Positions 56,654 to 64,000 of a stretch of 64,000 bases of DNA are shown here, in pieces. The notes below the pieces were generated by a model. That model saw nothing but the letters and a program-made list of their open reading frames with translations. It was not told where the DNA came from and searched no databases. Each line of letters opens with the position of its first letter. The first letter of the stretch is position 1. A program made the translations under genes and the position numbers. This DNA comes from an uncultured Lentisphaerales bacterium (GTDB taxonomy: Bacteria > Verrucomicrobiota > Lentisphaeria > JABSQK01 > UBA12247), in contig CALSSJ010000036.1 in assembly GCA_943788985.1 (NCBI GenBank), forward strand, positions 64,001 to 128,000, read 5' to 3'.

Positions 56654-57652
56654 ATGCAAGTCACCCATTCGGAAGTTTTGATTATAGGTGCCGGAATCGC
56701 CGGTTTGGCTGCGGCTCGCAGAGTCCACGAAGCCGATCTGACGTGCCGCCTCCTAGAGAAAAGCCGCGGGCTTGGGGGACGCTGTGCGACGCGGCGCTTT
56801 CATAATGCCAGCTTTGACCATGGGGCTCAGTTTTTCACTGTTCGCAATCCGCCACTAAAAGCGCTCGCCGAGTCATGGTTGGAGCAGGATTCGATTCGCG
56901 AATGGTGTCGTGGCTTTCCCTGCGCAGCCACCGGTGCTGGGGCCGGAGTCGATGGCTACCCGCGCTATTGCAGCAGTCCAGGAATGAATCGGCTGCCAAA
57001 GGTTTTGGGCAGTGGCCTTACGATCGAGAAGCAGGTCCTAGTGACCAGCATCGAACGTGCTGCCGATGGCTGGCATGTTGCGAGCAGCGACGAACGTCAT
57101 TGGCACTCACATGCTCTCATCGTGACGGCTCCGTTACCGCAAACCTTGGCCTTACTGGAGCCTGATGTAAGCCGTCAGGTTTTGACTTGCTTTCCTGCGC
57201 TGCAAGAGGTTGACTACGATCCGTGCTTTACGGTGATGTTGGCACTCTCAGGTGAATCAGGCGTCCCCCCCCCTGGTGCGATTCGAGAGCCCAATTCTGC
57301 GATCGATTGGATTGCGGATAACAGCATGAAGCACGAGACCGGTGGCCCCGCAGCGCTGACTGTCCATACCAGTGCAGCATTCACACGCCGTCATTTCGAT
57401 GCGCCTCAAGAAGACGTAGCGGCCGCGGTCATCGAAGAAGTGCAGCCCTATCTCATGGCTGATGTTGCAGCCTGGCAAGTGCATCGCTGGCGGTATGCCA
57501 AGCCACGGGAACCATTGTCGGTTGGAGCCCTGGCGCTTCCTGGCACACATCCTCTCGTGCTAAGCGGTGACTATCTCAACACCCCTGCGCGTCTCGAAGG
57601 CGCGTTTGACTCAGGCATTTCCGCTGCGACCTACATACTTGCTCAGAGCTGA
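56654..57652 (+). CDS. Renalase-like FAD-dependent oxidoreductase
   Basis: IIGAGIAG, EKSRGLGGRCATRR, FDHGAQFFT, HRWRYA, EGAFDSG. Confidence 0.9.
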   Translation: MQVTHSEVLIIGAGIAGLAAARRVHEADLTCRLLEKSRGLGGRCATRRFHNASFDHGAQFFTVRNPPLKALAESWLEQDSIREWCRGFPCAATGAGAGVDGYPRYCSSPGMNRLPKVLGSGLTIEKQVLVTSIERAADGWHVASSDERHWHSHALIVTAPLPQTLALLEPDVSRQVLTCFPALQEVDYDPCFTVMLALSGESGVPPPGAIREPNSAIDWIADNSMKHETGGPAALTVHTSAAFTRRHFDAPQEDVAAAVIEEVQPYLMADVAAWQVHRWRYAKPREPLSVGALALPGTHPLVLSGDYLNTPARLEGAFDSGISAATYILAQS

Positions 57653-58131
57653 TGATCTCTTGGATCCTCACCCTGAATGTGGCCAGCACGCTTGTGATGG
57701 CTGGCCTGATTTGGCTCGTGCAGCTCGTCCACTATCCGGCTTTTGGCTTCGTTTCCGAAGCTGCGTTTCCTCAATTCGCCGTTTTCCATCAACAACGAAT
57801 AAGCCTTATCGTTGTGCCGGTAATGCTCCTGGAATTAGTCACCACGCTGCTGATGATCTACAAGCCCCATCCCGCCTTCCCGATCCGCATGGCATTGGCC
57901 TCTGCGGTGTGCCTCGCAGTCGTATGGTTCTCAACCATTCTGCTACAGATGCCAGTACACCAGCAATTCATCGCGGGGAAGAATTCTGCTCTCATCGCAG
58001 AACTGACTTTAGGCAATTGGTGGCGGACGGGGGCCTGGAGTATCCGGGTGGTTCTTCTTGGCATAGTCCTGCAGCGCTGCGCTGCGAACTACGCAGCCCC
58101 GGCACAAAATAGCTCGAGTACGAGACAGTAG
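57652..58131 (+). CDS. Hypothetical four-TM membrane protein
   Basis: MAGLIWLVQLVHYP, P.H..NW.RT..W; start overlaps the upstream stop. Confidence 0.8.
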   Translation: MISWILTLNVASTLVMAGLIWLVQLVHYPAFGFVSEAAFPQFAVFHQQRISLIVVPVMLLELVTTLLMIYKPHPAFPIRMALASAVCLAVVWFSTILLQMPVHQQFIAGKNSALIAELTLGNWWRTGAWSIRVVLLGIVLQRCAANYAAPAQNSSSTRQ

Positions 58132-58149
58132 ACTGACCAAACGATAAAC

Positions 58150-58708
58150 GCATCGTGCTACAGGCATGGCTGAACGAGTTTTGGCAGATGAACATAAGCC
58201 TACCGCTATGGCTCTGTCTTCTGTGAGTGAGGCTGGGACGCTCACCGTGCCATTCGTCCTGTGCAAGGAAGTCGACGATCAAGGTGTTACCTTCTTCACC
58301 AACCTGAAGCCTGTCGGAGGATAGCAATTGCTTGCTTCTCCCGGCGCTGCCGTAGCGGTTCACTGGGCTGGTCTGGAGCGTCATGTCCATACGGGAGGGC
58401 GGGTCGAACGAGTGTTCGAGGCAGTGGCAGACGCTTCGTACGCATCGCGAGATAGGTTGTCTCGAATTGGTACGTGGCCATCACAGCAGAGCTAGCCCCT
58501 GGCCAACCGTCAGGACCTTCTGAGATGCGGTAGCTGATTGCGACTCGCGCTTCTCGGGCCCAGTTCCTCCCCGCCCGTCTCATTGGTCCGGCTTTAAGCT
58601 CGTTGCATCGCACTGAGAATTTTGGCAGAATGACCGGGATGCCTGAATGAGGGCTGGGGGCTCACCCAAGGAGCGACTGGCTGGCTCAGTTGGCAGCTCT
58701 GCCCATAG
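58150..58708 (+). pseudogene. pdxH: Pyridoxamine 5'-phosphate oxidase pseudogene
   Basis: Not called in ORF track; fragments PTAMALSSV, VLCKEVDDQGVTFFTN, WPSQQS*, PRPSHWSGF...*EFWQ, GWLSWQLCP*; several stops; 5' boundary approximate. Confidence 0.8.
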
Positions 58709-58927
58709 CACGCCAGATCAAAACTCTTGACGCCGCCATGATGGTAATCCCTCAGCTCTCTCGACCCGCCGTGCAGCCCAACACAGACTCGCCTTCAACG
58801 ATTGCACCTTACCTCGCCGGGACTTGCGACACCAGTCTTTTGTTGAGCTGGTTTGTAAGGATTCAGAATTCGCCACGACCCGTGGGCAACGTGGCGCTCG
58901 GTCACGGACGCACAACAGGAGATCAAC

Positions 58928-60323
58928 ATGGATCACAAAGTTAAGGACATAACGCTGGCTGACTGGGGTCGCCGGGAAATTGAGGTCGCCGAGCATGAAA
59001 TGCCCGGTCTCATGGAGATCCGCAAGCGCTACGCGGCCAGTAAGCCGTTGCAGGGCGTCCGGATCTCCGGCAGCCTGCACATGACTATACAGGACCGCTG
59101 TACTCATCGAAACCTTAAATGACTTGGGCGCGGATGTGCGGTGGGCTTCCTGCAATATCTTCTCTACCCAAGACCACGCCGCCGCTGCGATTGCGGCTGG
59201 TGGAACCCCGGTGTTCGCCTGGAAGGGCGAAACCCTAGAGGACTACTGGTGGTGCACCAAGCAGGCTCTCACCTTCCCCGGCAACAACGGACCGCAGCTT
59301 ATTGTCGATGATGGCGGTGATGCGACGATGCTGATCCATCTGGGCTTTTCCGCCGAGAATGATGCAAGCTTCCTCGATCTGCCTACCGACAACCACGAGC
59401 TTGCGTGCGTTCACGCAGTGCTTCGCGAGACCCTGGCTGAATCGCCCACATTCTGGCACGGTGTCGTCAGCGAGTGGAAAGGCGTCTCTGAGGAGACCAC
59501 GACGGGTGTTCACCGCCTCTACCAGATGCATGAGCGAGCCGAACTGCTCGTGCCCGCCATCAACGTCAACGACTCCGTCACCAAGAGCAAGTTCGACAAC
59601 CTGTATGGTTGTCGCGAGTCTCTGGTCGACGGTATCAAGCGTGCGACAGACATGATGATTGCTGGCAAAGTTGCGGTCGTCTGTGGCTTTGGTGACGTCG
59701 GTAAAGGCTCCGCACAGGCGCTGGAAGCGCTTGGCTGTCGAATCATGGTTACCGAAGTCGATCCTATCTGTGCTCTGCAAGCCGCGATGGCCGGCTACCA
59801 CGTCACTACCGTCGAGAAAGCCCTTCCCGTCGCTGACATATACGTGACGACCACGGGCAACCGTGACATCATCACCGTCGACCACATGGCAAAGATGCGC
59901 AACCAAGCGGTGGTTTGTAATATTGGCCACTTCGACAACGAGATTCAGGTCGAGCAGCTCAATGCCCACCCAGGCGTGGAGATGCTTGAAATCAAGCCTG
60001 AGTTTGACCGTTACACCTTTCCAGGAGGAAAAAGCATCTATCTCCTGGCAAAGGGCCGGCTCGTAAACCTCGGGTGTGCCACAGGTCATCCCAGCTTTGT
60101 CATGAGCACCAGCTTCGCCAACCAAGTTCTCGCCCAGATCGCGTTGTGGGAAGAGGATCACGCCATCGGAGTCCATGTGCTCCCAAAGCATCTCGACGAA
60201 GAAGTCGCTCGATTGCATCTTGAGCACATCGGTGCCGAGCTTACTGTGCTCACGACCGAACAAGCAAGCTACCTCGACATTCCCGTTGAGGGTCCCTACA
60301 AACCGGATCACTATCGCTACTGA
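58928..60323 (+). CDS. ahcY: Adenosylhomocysteinase; one +1 G indel near 59092
   Basis: [53 protein letters not shown]. Confidence 0.97.
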
Positions 60324-60330
60324 TCTAATG

Positions 60331-60372
60331 ATGCGTACTTTGGGCACCACTGGTGCCCGAGGTACGCATTTT
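60331..60372 (+). terminator. Terminator-like hairpin after ahcY
   Basis: ATGCGTACTTTGGGCACC-act-GGTGCCCGAGGTACGCAT followed by TTT. Confidence 0.7.
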
Positions 60373-60872
60373 ATCCCAGTGGAAAATCTTGCGTGAATCG
60401 TGCGCCGAGCCTTCTGGGGGCCGAATTTTTCCTAGGTTTCCGGTCACGATCACGGCGGCGTGCTAATGGACTCATTCCAGTCGATGCTTCTACGGACAAA
60501 CGGAAAGAACAGCAACCTGCTCCCCGTCTGGCAAAAATACTGTAACTTTGAATTTCGGCCTCCCCCGTCTACGACGGCAAGGTCTTGTACCTGACCGTTC
60601 CCCCGCGTCTCGTGCAAAAGACGTCCTTGATGGTCCAGAGTGATTAGTAGGAAATTGTTTGTAGTCAGTAACGAAGCGGAGTTGAATTATCCTTCCACTT
60701 CAGCTTTCAAGGCCCCAAAGAACGGCACTCCGCTCCGGTACTTTCGTTATTACGGACGACGGTCTCTGGACGTCCGGGTTGGATGCACGAAGCGTCATTC
60801 ATCCCTTTGCCGTTTTGGGCTCCCAGTCTGCATTGGCTTGCCGCGCAAGCCCCAGGGACTAACACACGCAAA

Positions 60873-61920
60873 ATGACCACCTCAACCGATCCTATGGCAC
60901 CTTCAAAGTGTGCGTCTACATGACGCCAACACGGTGTGGAATATGGCAAACGACTTGATACCATTTGACGCTGGGGGCAATCGCGGTGTAAGATTATCCC
61001 AACTGGCGCCGATTTGGCGCTGCTGTTGTCTGTTTCGTCCCACGCCGCCGTCACCCACGGATCGTACCTACAGCAGGGAACGGAACATTCGATGGTCATT
61101 GTCTGGCGGACAGACGTGACAACAACCCCGGTGGTGAAATTCGGGGAAGACGCTTGATTCCCTGATTGGGACCTGCGCGAGCAGCAATATTGTCGTCCGC
61201 ACCACGACTTCCGAAGAGCCGCTTCACACGGCACCAGACGGAATCTTCCAGTACGAGGCCACCCACACCGGTCCCCAGCCCGGCAGCACTTACTGCGACA
61301 CGCTCGCTGATGGTGATGCCCCGCTTGCCGCTGCCTCACGACGCATCCAGTGATTGGTGCCAAAAAGCCGACCCGTATCTGGGTCGTCGGCGACTCGGCT
61401 ACGGGCGGGACAAAAAGCGGTGTTCTCCGCCCAGGAGGACGTTGTCCAGAAATCTGGGCGCCCCATTGATCTTTATGTTCACCTTGGTGATATGGCCTAT
61501 ACCCGTGGCGGGGACGGAGAATTCCAAGTTAAGTTTTTCGAAATTTACGAGTCACGTTTGCGTAACACAGTGTGTTGGCCGACCATGAGGAACCACGAGG
61601 GGCTCACCTCCGAAGGCAAGCATGGGACTGGCCCCTATTACGATGCCTACGTGCTCCCGGCCCGTGGTGAAGCGGCTGGTGTTCCCCCTGGCACCGAGCC
61701 CTACTATTCGTTCGACTATGGCCCAATCCACTTTGTTTGCCCAGACAGCTTTGACCTCGACCGCAGCACCGATGCCGCCATGGCTGTGTGGCTGAAGGAA
61801 GACCTGAAAAAGACTCAGGCCAAGTGGCTCATCGCCTTCTGGCATCACCCACCCTACACGCTTGGTTCCGATAACAGCAACACTGAAAGGCCGTTGGTGG
61901 ACATGCGGGAGAACCGGAGT
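60873..61920 (+). pseudogene. Purple-acid-phosphatase-like metallophosphoesterase pseudogene
   Basis: YLQQGTEHSMVIVWRT, IWVVGDSG, HLGDMAY, RNHE (for GNHE), HHPPY; stops and frameshifts; truncated before GHxH; 5' boundary approximate. Confidence 0.8.
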
Positions 61921-61943
61921 CCGTTGCAATGTGCGGCTCCTTC

Positions 61944-62067
61944 TGCTGCCCTTACCGGGCGTACTGGTTGGGGATCGGTTCCGGTGATTGCACCACCGGC
62001 GTGTTTCAATTATTCCTCCGGGATACCAGCCAACACCACTGGTCTTCACCCGGTAGGGAGGCAACAG
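61944..62067. repeat. Nested imperfect palindrome (~125 bp)
   Basis: TGCCCTTACCGGG ... CCCGGTAGGGAGGCA outer arms; inner CCGGTG-ATTGCAC-CACCGG hairpin. Confidence 0.45.
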
Positions 62068-62079
62068 CCCCAAACACAC

Positions 62080-62115
62080 AAAAGGCGCTGAGTCCACGAG
62101 GAACTCAGCGCCTTT
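62080..62115 (-). terminator. Rho-independent terminator
   Basis: 13-bp stem AAAGGCGCTGAGT/ACTCAGCGCCTTT; TTTTGTGTGTTT tail on the minus strand, ~22 bp after stop. Confidence 0.85.
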
Positions 62116-62137
62116 CGTCAGAAATCTGGGTGACAGT

Positions 62138-63997
62138 TCAGGGGGCGCCCGGCGAAAAGACGCCGCCGCTGGCGACGGTAACGCTGCCGCCGATGGTGCC
62201 GATGCCAGCAAGGGTGCCGCCGCTGTTGACGGTGACACCGCCGCCAACAGAACTGGTGACTTGCAGTGTGCCATCATTCACCGTGGCCGTTTGGTTGCCA
62301 GTGTACGTACCAGTAACTTCCACGGTGCCTGGCCCTTCCTTGGTCATGAAACCGTTTTGCCACCTTACAGCAAGGTCCAAGTCCACATCGTCTGTGCCAT
62401 CAGCTACAGTTAATTTGATTGTGCCAGCAGTTTGCATGTTCATGAAGCCGCCATTGGTTGATGAGATCGTATTTTTGTTGCCACCATTGGTGATGAAGTT
62501 GGTGATGCCCCAGCTTTGGAATAGGTGGTTGCCGTTGTTGAAGTTAACGGCCCCACCGCCAGTGCTGTCGAAGGTGAAGGTCTTGGCCGTGTAATTCGTG
62601 CGATTAGGGCCGCCGACACTGGACTCGATTTCCAAGGTCCCGGTCCCGTTGATGCTGAAGCCTGACGTCTGCACGCTGTCCAAGTCTGCGGTATTGCTAA
62701 TCCGCAGGGTACCACCACTGACTGTGGTCGGGCCGGTAAAGTTTGAGGTCGACAGAATCTCAAGCGTTCCACTGTCGCTTTTGACTAGGCCGCCAGCACC
62801 ATTGCCAGTGACTAGGCCGGTAATGGTCTGGTCTGCCGTGCTGCTGTACTCGAAAGTTCCGTTCTGAGTGATGTTGACGTTGTTAGCGTAAGTCCCGCTG
62901 CCAAGTTGGCCGGCACCATCGATTATCATCCGACTGGCGTTCTGGATGGTCGTGTAGCCCGTATAGGTATTGACGCCAGTAAACCGCCAGTAGCCCTGCT
63001 CGCCTGATCCTGCTTGGGGTGTGGTATGGGTGACTCTAACATTGATCGTTCCCGAACCATCGCTGATCACGCCGGAGACGGTATTTGTGCCAGTGTCCGC
63101 GGTGCCGGCGAATTGGAACTGGTACGAGCCCGAACCTGTGGTGGTCAGGGCGCCGCTTAAGTCGAGTGCGCCGTCTTGGGCGACAATCCGGTTGCTGCTG
63201 GTGGAGGAGCTGCGAAACGTCCGGTTCGTCGATGCTGCGCCGGCTCCCGTATACCAGAGCAACGGTTGCTGTCCGCTGCCTCCCCCCATGCTGATGATGC
63301 TGCCCGTCCCTAGCGAGCAGGCCACCCCGGAGTCGGCCACGGTGTTCACATTCAACTGACCTGTGACAAGGCTGATGTGCGCGGGAAAGGTATTGACCCC
63401 GTTGAAGGCGATGTAGGCGGCGTTGTTCCGCGGCCGCAGGTCAGTCCCGGTCGCACCACCGATGCTACCGTTGAAGATGTAGTGCTCGCCAACGGTGTTC
63501 TGGCGGCCGATCTGGAGCGTCCCGCTGAGTTTGTCGATATCGCTGTTGATGGACATGGTCTTCGCGCTGCCACCGCCGGAGGCAGCCTTGATCTGCGTGT
63601 TGCCGGTCGATATCGAAATGGTCCCGCCGTCCAGCGTGAGAGCACCGGAGGCTTTGCCAAAAAACAGATTAGAAGTGCTCACCGTTCCAGGAATCGTAAT
63701 GGTTCCCGCAGCAAGACCAATCGCGTCAGTACCAAAGCGCGCACTGTCGCCGTGTGCGGTTGTTATCGAGCCAATTGCGGATGCTCCAGTGCTGTCAGTG
63801 CTCCAGCCAATTGTCGGCCCCGGCGTGGGGGCGCCCCACGTGCCACCGGCGGTTCCGAAACCTGCTGTGCTCCCGTTTGCATCCCAGTAGTAGTTCGCCG
63901 AATGTGCGGAGATTGCCACGATGTAAAAAAGGAGGGCGCCTGCGAGTAGGCACACAGATGATTGAGTACGGTGTGAGTTTGTATCAAAGCGCTGCAT
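62138..63997 (-). CDS. Secreted protein with autotransporter-associated beta-strand repeats
   Basis: Signal peptide, NYYWDANG, repeats FTGVNTYTGYTTI, LVKSDSGTLEI...FTGPTTVSGGTL, TKEGPGT; ends GTLAGIGTIGG...FSPGAP. Confidence 0.85.
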   Translation of the reverse strand: MQRFDTNSHRTQSSVCLLAGALLFYIVAISAHSANYYWDANGSTAGFGTAGGTWGAPTPGPTIGWSTDSTGASAIGSITTAHGDSARFGTDAIGLAAGTITIPGTVSTSNLFFGKASGALTLDGGTISISTGNTQIKAASGGGSAKTMSINSDIDKLSGTLQIGRQNTVGEHYIFNGSIGGATGTDLRPRNNAAYIAFNGVNTFPAHISLVTGQLNVNTVADSGVACSLGTGSIISMGGGSGQQPLLWYTGAGAASTNRTFRSSSTSSNRIVAQDGALDLSGALTTTGSGSYQFQFAGTADTGTNTVSGVISDGSGTINVRVTHTTPQAGSGEQGYWRFTGVNTYTGYTTIQNASRMIIDGAGQLGSGTYANNVNITQNGTFEYSSTADQTITGLVTGNGAGGLVKSDSGTLEILSTSNFTGPTTVSGGTLRISNTADLDSVQTSGFSINGTGTLEIESSVGGPNRTNYTAKTFTFDSTGGGAVNFNNGNHLFQSWGITNFITNGGNKNTISSTNGGFMNMQTAGTIKLTVADGTDDVDLDLAVRWQNGFMTKEGPGTVEVTGTYTGNQTATVNDGTLQVTSSVGGGVTVNSGGTLAGIGTIGGSVTVASGGVFSPGAP

Positions 63998-64000
63998 TAG

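Noticed and set aside
58660..58927. SAH or SAM riboswitch upstream of ahcY (AAGGAGCG at ~58668; hairpin CGCCACG...CGTGGCG and GCGCTC near 58871-58899)
   Set aside because: The two halves are ~200 nt apart, the first lies in the pdxH remnant, and the CAGGCTC element is missing; an Infernal search would settle it
51630..59100. Programmed frameshifting in mtaB or ahcY
   Set aside because: No slippery heptamer or stimulatory structure; single extra bases in short runs fit sequencing error
60372..60872. Possible ncRNA or riboswitch in the 500-bp gap after ahcY
   Set aside because: No recognisable consensus or convincing stems by eye

Overview
Core-chromosome segment of a bacterium that is most likely a PVC-superphylum member (Lentisphaerae/Kiritimatiellae-like). 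That is an inference from the kinase-LRR protein, the FTLIE-type prepilin remnant, autotransporter-repeat protein, sulfatase/GH95/GH109 content and an exosortase. Housekeeping genes: thyA, carB, galE, proA, amtB-glnK (sigma-54 promoter), trpBA, tsaB, bamA, dnaB, lptF/G, folK, initiator tRNA-Met, recQ, ftsK, mtaB, ahcY. Glycan genes: xylA/xylR, GH95, GH109, a GH5-like protein and a GH3. Many genes are broken by single-base homopolymer indels that look like long-read consensus errors, but real decay is also visible (nonsense codons, internal deletions, truncated remnants), mostly at 22-24 kb and 52-62 kb. No CRISPR array, rRNA, integrase or transposase was found. The most unusual items are: (1) a 2080-aa pseudokinase-TM-giant coiled coil-LRR protein with a 137-aa tandem duplication; (2) two copies of an unnamed ~120-bp palindromic element; (3) a GH3 lacking its catalytic nucleophile; (4) an orphan ParB-like gene with a (TCGAN)5 palindrome upstream; (5) a decaying UV/light-stress cluster. 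All calls come from reading motifs by eye; no database search was run.
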